A DNA stretch of 64,000 bases from an uncultured Solirubrobacteraceae bacterium (GCA_963830725.1 CAWHNO010000016.1:888249-952248); one strand, 5' to 3'; positions 9,213 through 18,776 are shown, counted from the first letter of the stretch. The notes: generated by a model not told the origin, from the sequence alone. Translations and numbers: made by a program.

Positions 9213-9589
9213 GTGAGGCTGCCCTCGTAGGCGTCGCGGTCCAGCAGCTCGTCGACCTCGGAGGTGTTGCTGAGGCGGACCTTGACCAACCAGCCCCCGC
9301 CGTACGGGTCCTCGTTGATCTGCTCGGGCGCGTCGCCGAGCACCTCGTTCACCTCGAGGATCTCGCCCGACAGCGGCGCCACGACGTCCGAAACCGCCTT
9401 GACCGACTCGATCTCCGCGTAGGGCTCGTCCTTGGTGACGGTCTTGCCGACCTCGGGCGGGTCGACGAACACGACCTCGCCGAGCTGGTCCTGGGCGTAC
9501 CAGGTGATCCCGAAGGTCGCGACATCACCTTCGATTCGGGCCCAGTCGTGTTCAGGGTGGTACTTGAGGTCGTCGGGATACGCGGCCAC
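9209..9589 (-). CDS. gcvH: Glycine cleavage system H protein
   Basis: YHPEHDWARIEGDVATFGITWYAQ...EIESVKAVSDVVAPLSGEI contains the lipoyl-lysine motif ESVK. 126 aa from a GTG. The track fuses it in-frame to the frameshifted gcvT. Confidence 0.9.
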   Translation of the reverse strand: MAAYPDDLKYHPEHDWARIEGDVATFGITWYAQDQLGEVVFVDPPEVGKTVTKDEPYAEIESVKAVSDVVAPLSGEILEVNEVLGDAPEQINEDPYGGGWLVKVRLSNTSEVDELLDRDAYEGSLT

Positions 9590-9591
9590 GT

Positions 9592-10669
9592 TCAGCGCTC
9601 CTTGGAGTACAGCGGCTTGGCCCGCACCTCGGCCTGGCGCGGCTTGCCGCGGACGTCGATCTCGATCGGGGTCCCGGGCTCGGCCTTCCCGGCGGGCACG
9701 TAGCCCATGCCGATGCCGATCCCCAGGCACGGGGACATGGTGCCGGAGGTCACCTCGCCGCCGCCCACCACCGGGTTGCCCTGGCGGGCGATACCCGGCC
9801 CGGTCATCGCGAACGGGACGAGCGTCTCGTGCGGCCCGGCCTCGCGCGTGGCGCGGACGGCGTCGGCGCCGATGAAGCCGGTGTCCTCCTTGCAGCACCA
9901 GCCCAGGCCCGCCTCGATCGGGCCGCGCTCCTCCGTCAGGTCGTTGCCGTACAGGTGGAAGCAGACCTCGAGCCGCAGCGTGTCGCGAGCCCCGAGGCCC
10001 GCCGGCGTGGCGCCCGCCTCGCATCAGCGCGTCCCAGACCTGGGTCGCGTACCCCGGGGCGATCAGCAGCTCGACCCCGTCCTCGCCCGTGTAGCCGGTG
10101 CCGCAGACCAGCGTGCCGGGCGCGCCCGCGATGTCCAGCCGCGCGCTGCGGAAGCGCTTGGGCAGCTCGCCGTCGGCGAGCCCGGCCACCAGCTCGCGGG
10201 CGTGCGGGCCCTGGACGGCGAGCATCGCGTAGTCGGCCAGCCGGTCGTGGACCGTGACGTCGTAGCCGCGGGCCTGCGTGCGCATCCAGGCGAGGTCGCG
10301 CTCGTGGTTGGCGGCGTTGGTGACGGTGAGGAACCCGGCGCCGTGGCGGTAGGTGAAGAGGTCGTCGAGCACGCCGCCGTTCTCGCGGCACATGACCGAG
10401 TACTGCGCCCCGTCGCGCGCGATCTTCGACACGTCGTTCGACAGCACGCGCTGGAGGAAGGCCTCGGCATCGGGGCCCGTGGTCTCGACCTCGCCCATGT
10501 GCGAGACGTCGAACACTCCGACGTCGCGGCGCACGGCGACGTGCTCCTCCCGGATCCCCGCGTACTGGACCGGCATCTCCCATCCTGCGAACGGGACGAG
10601 CCGGGCGCCCGCCGCCACGTGGCGGTCGTACAGCGGGGTGCGCTTGAGCGTCTCGGCACCTGCGGCCAT
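9592..10669 (-). pseudogene. gcvT: Glycine cleavage system aminomethyltransferase T, interrupted by one +1 frame shift near 10021
   Basis: The N-terminal 215 aa (TPLYDRHVAAGARLVPFAGWEMPVQY...) are in one frame. The C-terminus (LMEAGATPAGLGARDTLRLEVCF...GKPRQAEVRAKPLYSKER) is in another. Length 1078 nt is not a multiple of 3, and an extra C is visible in ATG-C-GAGGCGGGCGCC. Confidence 0.9.
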
Positions 10670-10699
10670 GCGAGGCCGGACCCTATCGGCTGCGACCGG

Positions 10700-11773
10700 C
10701 TACCGCAGGAACGGCGGGATGTCGAGATCGTCGTCGCGGATCTCCAGCGAGGACCGCTGGCGCTCGTCGATCCGCGGGCCGCGGTCGCGCGGGCCGCGCT
10801 CGCGCTCGGCCCGGGTGGCGCGCAGCCCGGCGCGGTCGAAGCCGGTGGCGATCACCGTCACGCGGATCTCGTCCGCCAGCCCGTCATCGATCACCGCGCC
10901 GAAGATGATGTTGGCGTTGGAGTCGGCCGCCGAGTGGATGATCTCGGCCGCCTCGTTGACCTCGAACAGGCCGAGGTCCTTGCCACCCGTGATGTTGAGC
11001 AGGATGCCGTTCGCGCCCTCGACCGACTCCTCGAGCAGCGGCGACGAGACCGCCGCCTTGGCCGCCTCGGCGGCGCGCGACTCGCCGGTCGCCGTGCCGA
11101 TGCCCATCAGCGCCGAGCCTGCGTCCTGCATGATCGTGCGCACGTCGGCGAAGTCGAGGTTGATCAGGCCGGGGATGGTGATCAGGTCGGTGATGCCCTG
11201 CACGCCCTGGCGCAGCACGTTGTCGGCCTCGCGGAAGGCGTCGAGGATGCTGGTGCGGCGCTCGACGATGCTCAGCAGGCGCTCGTTCGGGATCACGATC
11301 AGCGTGTCGACCATTTCGCGCAGGCGGTCGATGCCCTCCTGCGCCTGGCGCGCGCGCTGCGCGCCCTCGAACTCGAACGGCCGGGTGACGACGCCGACCG
11401 TGAGCGCGCCGATCTCGTTCTTGGCGATCTCGGCGATCACGGGCGCGGCCCCGGTGCCGGTGCCGCCGCCCTCGCCGGCGGTGACGAACACCATGTCGGC
11501 GCCCTTCAGCGCCTCCTTGATGTCGTCGCGCGACTCGGCGGCCGCGCCCTGGCCGATCTGCGGGTTGGCCCCGGCCCCCAGCCCCTTGGTGAGCTGGTGC
11601 CCGATGTTGAGCTTGATGTCGGCGTCCGTCATCTGGAGCGCCTGGTTGTCGGTGTTGCAGGCGATGAACTCGACGCCGGAAAGGCCGGCATCGATCATCC
11701 GGTTCACGGCGTTGGTTCCCCCGCCGCCGACACCGACGACCTTTATGACTGCGAGATAGCTGCCAGCTTCCAT
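10700..11773 (-). CDS. ftsZ: Cell division protein FtsZ
   Basis: Tubulin signature [10 protein letters not shown], with NTDNQAL and [17 protein letters not shown]; 357 aa. Confidence 0.97.
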   Translation of the reverse strand: MEAGSYLAVIKVVGVGGGGTNAVNRMIDAGLSGVEFIACNTDNQALQMTDADIKLNIGHQLTKGLGAGANPQIGQGAAAESRDDIKEALKGADMVFVTAGEGGGTGTGAAPVIAEIAKNEIGALTVGVVTRPFEFEGAQRARQAQEGIDRLREMVDTLIVIPNERLLSIVERRTSILDAFREADNVLRQGVQGITDLITIPGLINLDFADVRTIMQDAGSALMGIGTATGESRAAEAAKAAVSSPLLEESVEGANGILLNITGGKDLGLFEVNEAAEIIHSAADSNANIIFGAVIDDGLADEIRVTVIATGFDRAGLRATRAERERGPRDRGPRIDERQRSSLEIRDDDLDIPPFLR

Positions 11774-11844
11774 GAGTGTTCCGTCCGGACCTCTACTTAT
11801 AGTCGAGCGTTTCGAACTGCTCGTTCAAGGGCGCGGATTCTGGC

Positions 11845-11874
11845 ACGTTACGGCGCTTTCATCCCTGAAGTCAA
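11845..11874 (-). promoter_or_regulatory. Candidate sigma-70-type promoter for ftsZ
   Basis: Minus strand reads TTGACT-18 nt-TAACGT, inside the only AT-richer spacer of the dcw cluster (11774-11952). Confidence 0.25.
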
Positions 11875-11952
11875 AGAACCGGAGGCTCCGGCAAGACCCC
11901 TTGCAGAGCCCCGAAGTCTCGACTAGTGATCGAGGGTTGCCTCATTCTCACC

Positions 11953-12693
11953 CTATGGTTGAGGCATTGGTGAGGGCGCTTCCTGGGGCACCGGTCCGAG
12001 GCCTCCGGCGGCGACCCGGCCGGGGACTCTGAGGTCGAGATAGGTCGCGCCGGCCGCGCTGGGCTCGGCCAGCACGCGGGCGGCGGCAGCCCACTTGGCC
12101 GTCGCCTCGTCGCGCGTCCCGAAGACCAGCGGCGGGCCGTCGCGAAGGTCCAGGGTGAGCCCTTCCGGTTCCCAGTGCAGCCGCTCGCTGCGCTCGAGCA
12201 GCTCCTGCGGGGCCGCCGCGGCGATCGCGAGGGCGGAGCGCGTACGCGAGTCGTCGACGCGCTCGGCCGGAAGCCGCCCGCGGCGGATCGTGGGCACGCC
12301 GTCGGCCCGGACGCCGTTGAGGACGAGCCCGCTGCCGGTCACCGGCGTCCGGCGGCCGTCGACGTCGATCGCGGCTACCGGCCGGTGCTCGAGCACCTCG
12401 ACGGACATGCCGTGCGGGAAGTCGGTGTCGATCCGCAGGCCGGCGACCGACGGGTACGGCGCGACGGCGTCGTGCAGCGCCTGCTCGCGCACGTGCAGCG
12501 TGGTCATCTCGCGCGCCGCTCGCTCGACCGCCGCGCGGATCCGGCGCTCGTCGCTGGTCGTCGCCCCGATCACGGTGACCTCGGTGACGCGGGCGAGCGA
12601 CGAGTCGCGCACCCACAGCCAGCCGCCGGCGAGCAGCCCGCCGACCACGAGGACGGTGGCGAAGCCGCGCACGAACGTCCTGCGGAAGGTCAT
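11953..12693 (-). CDS. ftsQ: Cell division protein FtsQ (POTRA + FtsQ domain)
   Basis: One N-terminal TM (FATVLVVGGLLAGGWLW) followed by POTRA-like VTEVTVIGATTS. Sits at the canonical position between murC and ftsZ. Confidence 0.8.
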   Translation of the reverse strand: MTFRRTFVRGFATVLVVGGLLAGGWLWVRDSSLARVTEVTVIGATTSDERRIRAAVERAAREMTTLHVREQALHDAVAPYPSVAGLRIDTDFPHGMSVEVLEHRPVAAIDVDGRRTPVTGSGLVLNGVRADGVPTIRRGRLPAERVDDSRTRSALAIAAAAPQELLERSERLHWEPEGLTLDLRDGPPLVFGTRDEATAKWAAAARVLAEPSAAGATYLDLRVPGRVAAGGLGPVPQEAPSPMPQP

Positions 12694-12717
12694 CGCCGCG
12701 CCCTTCGACGGCCGCGG

Positions 12718-14031
12718 TCAGACCCCTGCCTGCTCCACCAGCCGGCGCCCGAGGGCGTCGACGTCGCCGGCCCCGAGCGTGAGCAGCAGATCGCCTGCAC
12801 GCAGCTCGGTGCGCAGGAACGCCTCGGCGTCGTCGAACCGCGGGAGCCAGGCTACGCGGCGCCCGTCCGCGGCGTCGGCGGCCGCCGCGGCCACGAGGCG
12901 GCCGGTCACGCCCGGGAAGTCCTCCGCCCGCTCGCGCGCCGGGTAGACGTCGAGCACGACGACGAGGTCGGCCTGCGCGAGCGCGGCGCCGAACTCGCGG
13001 AACTGGTGGCGGGTGCGCGAGAACAGGTGCGGCTGGAAGACGGCGACCACGCGCTGCGGGGCGAGCGTGCGGGCGGCGGCGATCGTGGCCCGCACCTCGG
13101 TCGGGTGGTGCGCGTAGTCGTCCACGACCTGCGCGCCCGTCGCCGTGACGCCGAGCCGCTCGAACCGCCGGCCGGCGCCGCTGAAATCCGCCAGCGCGGC
13201 GGCGGCCGCGGCCGGGTCCGCCCCGGCCAGCCGCGCGGCGGCGAGCGCGGCGGCGGCGTTGCGGGCGTTGTGCTCGCCCGGGACGGTCAGGGTGACGGTG
13301 GTGTCGCCGAACGCGAACGTCGAGCCGCCGGGCTCGAGCTCGACGTGCTGCGGGCTGGCGACGGTGCCGGGGAAGCGAGTGAGGCCGGGCTCGTCGCCCA
13401 GCACCACGTGGTCGGCCATGGCCAGGAAGGCGCGGAACGTGTCGTCGACGTCGCGCTGGGAGGCGTAGGTGGCGTGGTGGTCGAGCTCGGCGTTGGTCAG
13501 CACGGCGATCGTCGGCGCCAGCTCGAGCAGCGAGCGGTCGGACTCGTCGGCCTCCACGACCAGCCACTCGCCCGCGCCCCAGCCCGCGTTCGAGCCGGTC
13601 GAGCGCACCTCGCCGCCGACCAGGTAGCCGGGGTCCAGGCCGCAGCCCCGCAGGGCGTGGACGATCATGCTCGAGGTCGTCGTCTTGCCATGCGTGCCGG
13701 TGACGGCGATCGTCGGCCGCAGCCGCGTGACCTCACCGAGCAGCTCGGCCCGGTGCAGCTCACGCAGCCCGCGCTCGCGGGCGGCGGCCCGCTCCGGGTT
13801 GTCGGGCGGGATCGCGCTCGAGTAGACGAGCTCGGCGCCGTCCGGCACGTTGGCCGCGTCGTGCGGCAGGGCGGTCAGCCCGGTGCGCGCGAGGTACGGG
13901 GAGTCCGGCGAGCGGTCCGACCCGGTCACCTGCGCGCCGAGCGCGCGGGCGACGACGGCCAGGCCGCTCATGCCGGCGCCGCCGAGGCCGACGAAGTGCA
14001 GCCGGCGGCCACTCCACGGACCTTCGCTCAT
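12718..14031 (-). CDS. murC: UDP-N-acetylmuramate--L-alanine ligase
   Basis: HFVGLGGAGMSGLA, TGTHGKTTTSSM, EADESDRS, DYAHHP. Confidence 0.95.
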   Translation of the reverse strand: MSEGPWSGRRLHFVGLGGAGMSGLAVVARALGAQVTGSDRSPDSPYLARTGLTALPHDAANVPDGAELVYSSAIPPDNPERAAARERGLRELHRAELLGEVTRLRPTIAVTGTHGKTTTSSMIVHALRGCGLDPGYLVGGEVRSTGSNAGWGAGEWLVVEADESDRSLLELAPTIAVLTNAELDHHATYASQRDVDDTFRAFLAMADHVVLGDEPGLTRFPGTVASPQHVELEPGGSTFAFGDTTVTLTVPGEHNARNAAAALAAARLAGADPAAAAAALADFSGAGRRFERLGVTATGAQVVDDYAHHPTEVRATIAAARTLAPQRVVAVFQPHLFSRTRHQFREFGAALAQADLVVVLDVYPARERAEDFPGVTGRLVAAAAADAADGRRVAWLPRFDDAEAFLRTELRAGDLLLTLGAGDVDALGRRLVEQAGV

Positions 14032-14041
14032 CGGCGGCCAC

Positions 14042-14069
14042 CCTAGTGGTCCGTCTCTTGACCACTAGG
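14042..14069. repeat. Perfect 10-bp inverted repeat (CCTAGTGGTC-8 nt-GACCACTAGG) abutting the murC start
   Basis: Read directly from the sequence. It lies 10 nt upstream of the murC ATG on the minus strand. Confidence 0.5.
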
Positions 14070-14290
14070 CTAGCCGCCGGTGCTCAACCGACCCAGCGGG
14101 TGAAGACCGGCCGGTGGCGGTCGTGGGTCCAGCGCAGCCGCGGCTGCGGGCGGATCGAGGTCGGGCGGGCGGTGGCGAGCCCGTAATAGTGAATTGAGGG
14201 GGGCATGGGAGCTGTCCTTGATTCGTGGGTCGATCAGAGGACGCCGTCCCGCCCCGATTCATTCCCTCGCGCGCGCCGACACGTCATGCC

Positions 14291-14310
14291 TTCTCGTCAC
14301 ACGACGAGAA
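14291..14310 (-). terminator. Hairpin (TTCTCGTC-4 nt-GACGAGAA) just downstream of the murG stop; possible U-tail-less terminator
   Basis: 8-bp stem 13 nt after the murG stop codon, with no U-tract. Confidence 0.3.
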
Positions 14311-14322
14311 ACGCTCCGGCCG

Positions 14323-15390
14323 CTATTCGGCGGTCTCCGTCGTGCCGGCGGCGGCCAGCACCTCGCGGGCGATCGCACTCGCCGCGTCGGGCCGCGCCAG
14401 GCGGGCGGAGGCGGTCGCCATCGCGCTCCGCCGAGCCTCGTCCTCCACGAGCGCGTCGACCTCGGCGCGCAGCCGCTCGGGCGTCAGCTGGGCGTCGGCG
14501 ATCACGGTCGCGGCGCCCGCGCGCTCCATCCAGGCCGCGTTCGCCGCCTGGTGGTTGCCGGAGGCGTGCGGATACGGGATCAGCAGCGCCGGCAGGCCGT
14601 ACTGGGCGAGCTCGAAGACCGATCCGCCGGCCCGCGCCACCGCGAGGTCGGCGGCCGCCAGCGCCGTCCCGAACGGCACCACGTAGTCGCGCAGAACGTA
14701 GTGCGCCCCGGGCGCGCTGAGCGTGTCGAAGTCGCGCCGGCCGGCGACGTGCAGGATCCGGTACGGCGCGTCGTCGAAAGCCTGGATCGCCGTCTCGTTG
14801 ATCGAGCGCGCGCCGAGCGACCCGCCGAACACGAGCACCACGGTCTCGCCGGGCTCGAGGCCGAAGGAGGCGCGTGCGCCGTCGCGGTCGGTGACGGTCG
14901 GCGGGACCGGACGGCCGGTCAGCAGGTAGCGCTCGCCGTCACGGCCGTCGATCGGGAACGCGAGGCAGACTCGGCGCGCGCGCCCGGCCAGCAGCCGGTT
15001 GGTCAGGCCGAGGTGCGAGTCGGCCTCCGTCAGCACGAGCGGCGTGCCGCGCAGGACGGCCGCGAGGCCGACCGGACCGGCGACGTAGCCGCCTCCGCCG
15101 AGCACGACGTCGGCCTTGTGGCGCCGCAACAGGCGGCCGGCCGCCCCGAGCGCGGTCACCGCCCTGGCCGCCGCGCGGGCGGCCTTGAACGGGTTCGTGC
15201 GCGAGATCCCCTCGACCTTGAGCGCGTCGATCGAATAGCCGGCGGCCGGGACGAGCTCGGCCTCGGCGCGCTCGCCGCCGGCGAAGCAGACTTCGGCGCC
15301 CTCAGCCCGCAGCGCGTCGGCGACCGCGATCGCCGGCACCACGTGGCCGGCGGTCCCGCCCGCCGCGATCACGACGCGCGGGCCGCTCAC
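14323..15390 (-). CDS. murG: Undecaprenyldiphospho-muramoylpentapeptide beta-N-acetylglucosaminyltransferase
   Basis: VVIAAGGTAGHVVPAIAVADAL at the N-terminus, plus the C-terminal GT28 motifs. Confidence 0.95.
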   Translation of the reverse strand: MSGPRVVIAAGGTAGHVVPAIAVADALRAEGAEVCFAGGERAEAELVPAAGYSIDALKVEGISRTNPFKAARAAARAVTALGAAGRLLRRHKADVVLGGGGYVAGPVGLAAVLRGTPLVLTEADSHLGLTNRLLAGRARRVCLAFPIDGRDGERYLLTGRPVPPTVTDRDGARASFGLEPGETVVLVFGGSLGARSINETAIQAFDDAPYRILHVAGRRDFDTLSAPGAHYVLRDYVVPFGTALAAADLAVARAGGSVFELAQYGLPALLIPYPHASGNHQAANAAWMERAGAATVIADAQLTPERLRAEVDALVEDEARRSAMATASARLARPDAASAIAREVLAAAGTTETAE

Positions 15391-16531
15391 GCGCTCCCTC
15401 CACCGCGCTCAGGTGCGCGGAGCCGCCGCGCGCGACGTTGAGCAGCAGGCCCATCGAGCACAGCAGCACGATCAGCGACGTCGAGCCCGACGAGATGAAC
15501 GGCAGCGGGACGCCGGTGAGCGGCGCGAGACCGAGGACGGCGTAGACGTTGAGCAGCGCTTGGCACAGGATGAGGCTGGTGAGTCCACTCGCGAGCAGCT
15601 TCGCGTAGGCACCCTTGGCGTTGCGGGCGGTCCGCAGCCCGGCGTACCCGATCATGCCGTACAGGCACAGGAGCGCGCAGATCCCCGCGACCCCGAGCTC
15701 CTCGCCGATGACGGCCAGGATGAAGTCGGTGTGGGCCTCGGGCAGGTAGAAGATCTTCTGCACCGACTGCCCGGGGCCGAGCCCGAACAGCCCGCCCGAG
15801 CCGATCGCGATCTGGCCCTGGACCGACTGGAAGCCGGCGCCGGCCGCGTCCGCCCACGGGTTGACGAAGGTGGTCAGCCGCGAGGTCCGCTCGGCGTCCA
15901 TCAGCGCGTACAGGAGCACGAGCAACATGCCCGCGCCGGCCACGAGTCCGAGCTGGCGCAGCGGCAGGCCGGCCGCCACGAGCATCGCCGCCAGCGTGAA
16001 GCAGATCACGAGGGCGGTGCCGAGGTCGGGCTGGGCGAGGATGAGCAGCACGGCGGCGCCGCCCACGCCGAGCACCGGGCCGGCGACCGTGCGCAGGCTC
16101 TTGGCGAGCTTCGGGCGCGTGCCGAGGACGGCGGCGGCGTGCAGCACGAGCGCGAGCTTCATCACCTCCGAAGGCTGGAACGTGAGCGCGCCGGCGCCCA
16201 GCCAGCGGCGCGCGCCGTTGACCGAGATGCCGATCCCGGGGATCAGCACGAGCACGAGCATCACGGCAGCGGCGAACAGGAGGAGCGGCGTGTAGCGCCG
16301 CGTGGCCGCCAGCCCGTGGCGTGAGATGACGTGCATGAAGGCGAGGCCGACCGCGCCGTAGGCGACGTACTTGACCAGGTAGGCGGTCCCGTCGCCCTGC
16401 CCCTCGAGCAGCGTGCGCGCCGAGGAGGCCGAGTAGACCATCACGGCACCGCCGGCCAGCAGGCAGAAGGTCGCCGTCAGCAGCAGCCGGTGCTCGAGCG
16501 GCTGCTGCTTGGCGCGCGCGGACCTGGCCAT
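15302..16531 (-). CDS. ftsW: SEDS-family peptidoglycan glycosyltransferase FtsW
   Basis: 10-TM SEDS protein (RWLGAGALTFQPSEVMKLAL, LPEAHTDFILAVIGEELG). The last ~30 codons overlap murG and are Arg/Gly-rich, so the 3' end is uncertain. Confidence 0.9.
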   Translation of the reverse strand: MARSARAKQQPLEHRLLLTATFCLLAGGAVMVYSASSARTLLEGQGDGTAYLVKYVAYGAVGLAFMHVISRHGLAATRRYTPLLLFAAAVMLVLVLIPGIGISVNGARRWLGAGALTFQPSEVMKLALVLHAAAVLGTRPKLAKSLRTVAGPVLGVGGAAVLLILAQPDLGTALVICFTLAAMLVAAGLPLRQLGLVAGAGMLLVLLYALMDAERTSRLTTFVNPWADAAGAGFQSVQGQIAIGSGGLFGLGPGQSVQKIFYLPEAHTDFILAVIGEELGVAGICALLCLYGMIGYAGLRTARNAKGAYAKLLASGLTSLILCQALLNVYAVLGLAPLTGVPLPFISSGSTSLIVLLCSMGLLLNVARGGSAHLSAVEGARERPARRDRGGRDRRPRGAGDRGRRRAAG

Positions 16532-16656
16532 CGGAGCTGGGTTCGACGCGCGGCCGCAACCCCCTGCGCCGAGGCGAGCGACCGGCGGGAATCAGCGCCG
16601 CGAGCCGCGCCCGACCGGCGGCGAACCGCGCGCCCAACGGCGGCGAGCGGCGCGAT

Positions 16657-17976
16657 TCAGCCGCCGGTGACGAGCGAGCGGAAGTGCTCGCCGCGCTCCT
16701 CGAACGAGCGGTACTGGTCGTAGGAGGCGCAGGCCGGCGAGAGCAGCACGACGTCGCCCGGGCGGGCCGCCGCGCGGGCGGCGGCGACGGCCGTGGGCAG
16801 GTCTCCGCAGTCGTGGAGCGGGACGCTCGTGGCCTGGAGCGCCGCGCGGAGCTCGCCGGCCGCCTCGCCGATCAAGTAGGCGGCCGCGGCCCGAGCCGCG
16901 AGCGGCGCGGCGAGCGGCTCGTAGTCGCTGCCCTTGCCGCGGCCGCCGAGGATGGCGTGCACGCCGCCCGCGAACGACGCGATCCCCACCACGGCCGAGG
17001 CGACGTTCGTCGCCTTCGAGTCGTTGACGTAGAGGACGCCGTCGACGGTCGCGATCTCCTCCAGCCGGTGCTGGACGCCGGCGAAGCCGGCCAGGGCGGA
17101 GCGGACGGCGGCGGCCGGGATGCCGCGGGCCATGCATACGGCCGCGGCCGCCATCGCGTTCTCGAGGTTGTGCGCGCCGCGCAGGCGGACCTCGGAGGCC
17201 TCCATGAACGGCTCCCCGCGCCACCACAGGCGGCCGTCGCGATGCTCGAGGTCGCCGCCGGCGCCCAGCGATATGCGCTCGGCTTCCCCGGGCAGCAACG
17301 CCATCAGGTCCCGGGGGGCGACCGCGACGGCGCCGGCCGGCTGGCGCGCGAAGGCCTGCAGCTTGGCGGCGCGATAGGCGTCGAAGCTCCCGTGGCGGTC
17401 GAGGTGGTCCTCGGCGAGGTTGAGCAGGACCGCGGCGTCGGGCGCGAAGGCCTCCGTGTCCTCCAGCTGGAACGAGGAGGACTCGCAGACCACGACGGCC
17501 GCGCCGTCGATCGACCCTGCGAGGGCGGTGAGCGGTCTGCCGACGTTGCCGGCGACGACGACCGGCACCGCCGCCCCGCGGTGGATGTGACCGATGAGCT
17601 CGGCCGTCGTCGTCTTGCCGTTCGACCCCGTGACCGCCACGAACTCGTTGGCCAGCAGCCGCCATCCGATCTCCAGCTCGCCCACCACGCGCACGCCGCG
17701 CCGGCGCGCGGCGGCCACGACCGGCGCCTGCTGGGGCACGCCCGGGCTCTTGACGACGGTCCCCGCCGCCTCGAGCAGCCCGACGCCCTCCGACGGCGCG
17801 TGCACGGCCACGCCGACGGCGGCCAGCTCGGCCCGCACGTCGTCATCGACGGCCTGTGCGTCGCAGCCGACGACCTCGGCGCCGCGCGCCCGCAGGGCCA
17901 GCGCCGCGGCGACGCCCGAGCGGGCGAGGCCGACGACGACGAACGGCCCGGGCGGCAGCGGCGGACGCGCGATCAC
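16657..17976 (-). CDS. murD: UDP-N-acetylmuramoylalanine--D-glutamate ligase
   Basis: VVVGLARSGVAAA, VAVTGSNGKTTTAELI, and Mur ligase C-terminal domains. Confidence 0.95.
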   Translation of the reverse strand: MIARPPLPPGPFVVVGLARSGVAAALALRARGAEVVGCDAQAVDDDVRAELAAVGVAVHAPSEGVGLLEAAGTVVKSPGVPQQAPVVAAARRRGVRVVGELEIGWRLLANEFVAVTGSNGKTTTAELIGHIHRGAAVPVVVAGNVGRPLTALAGSIDGAAVVVCESSSFQLEDTEAFAPDAAVLLNLAEDHLDRHGSFDAYRAAKLQAFARQPAGAVAVAPRDLMALLPGEAERISLGAGGDLEHRDGRLWWRGEPFMEASEVRLRGAHNLENAMAAAAVCMARGIPAAAVRSALAGFAGVQHRLEEIATVDGVLYVNDSKATNVASAVVGIASFAGGVHAILGGRGKGSDYEPLAAPLAARAAAAYLIGEAAGELRAALQATSVPLHDCGDLPTAVAAARAAARPGDVVLLSPACASYDQYRSFEERGEHFRSLVTGG

Positions 17977-18006
17977 GCCCGGGCATTCAAGCGGGTCGAG
18001 AGGGAA

Positions 18007-18031
18007 TCGACCGCCGATCGGCGGCGGTCGA
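18007..18031 (-). terminator. Hairpin (TCGACCGCCG-5 nt-CGGCGGTCGA) between the MGMT-like gene and murD
   Basis: 10-bp GC-rich stem downstream of the 18079 stop, with no U-tract. Confidence 0.3.
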
Positions 18032-18078
18032 CCGCCGAGCGCGGGTGCCGGCGCGCCGTCGGCCAGGCCTGGTCGCCC

Positions 18079-18387
18079 TCAAGCGGCCTCCGCGCGGTCC
18101 GGCGGCCTTACCCGGGCCGCCGGGTTCGCGCGGCGGCCCTCGAACTCGAGCCCTTCGGCCTCGAGCCGGCGCCGGACGTCCGCCGGGTCGCCGAGCGCGG
18201 TCCCGCCGACCGTCCCGTCGGACTTGAGGACCCGGTGCGACCCGGGGAACTGCTCGCGGATGAAGCGCTGGTTGAGTGCGCGGGCGTGGACGTCCGTCCC
18301 GCCGGCGGCGTGGGCGACGTCGCCGTAGCTCATCCAGGCGCCGGGCGGGATCTCCGCGACGATCTCGCGGATGCGGTCGGGATCCAT
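18079..18387 (-). CDS. MGMT-family DNA-binding protein lacking the acceptor cysteine (alkyltransferase-like)
   Basis: [25 protein letters not shown]...[16 protein letters not shown]. The canonical PCHRV active site reads GSHRV. 102 aa from the internal ATG at 18387. Confidence 0.75.
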   Translation of the reverse strand: MDPDRIREIVAEIPPGAWMSYGDVAHAAGGTDVHARALNQRFIREQFPGSHRVLKSDGTVGGTALGDPADVRRRLEAEGLEFEGRRANPAARVRPPDRAEAA

Positions 18388-18506
18388 GGTGCTCCTCCTC
18401 TCGTGGGCATCGTGGGCGACGACGCTACGCCCGGATCGGCCGATCGAACCCGAGTGGGGGTGAATCGGCACAGATCCGGAGCTGAATCGGCACAAAGCAA
18501 CCCAGG

Positions 18507-18776
18507 TTGACACCACATGACTTGTCAACTAAGGTTGCTCGCGTGCCGATGCCGGTCGATTACGAGCCGCCCCGCGACCCGGCCGACGGCCTCGCCGCGG
18601 TCGTCGCCCTGCGCCGGCTGGCCGACCAGCTCGAGGCCGGCGAGGTGGAGCGGGCGGTGCGCGACGGCTGGACGTGGTCGCTCGTCGCCGAGGCGCTCGG
18701 CGTCACCCGCCAGGCGGTCCACAAGAAGCACGCCAAGCGCCTGAAGGCCGTCGGCGTCGAGACGAGGAGGCGCTGA
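18507..18776 (+). CDS. Small helix-turn-helix protein (sigma region-4-like)
   Basis: C-terminal [26 protein letters not shown]. Its stop overlaps the ATG of the Clp_N gene (ATGA). The true start may be at ~18543/18549. Confidence 0.6.
   Translation: MTPHDLSTKVARVPMPVDYEPPRDPADGLAAVVALRRLADQLEAGEVERAVRDGWTWSLVAEALGVTRQAVHKKHAKRLKAVGVETRRR

Noticed and set aside
10670-10699. Glycine riboswitch upstream of gcvT.
   Set aside because: Only about 30 nt separate the ftsZ stop from the gcvT start. That is far too short for even a single glycine aptamer, and no aptamer-like sequence is seen.
14065-14262. 65-aa ORF in the murG-murC spacer.
   Set aside because: It is Pro/Arg/Thr/Gly-rich with no start context. 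The spacer is better treated as non-coding.
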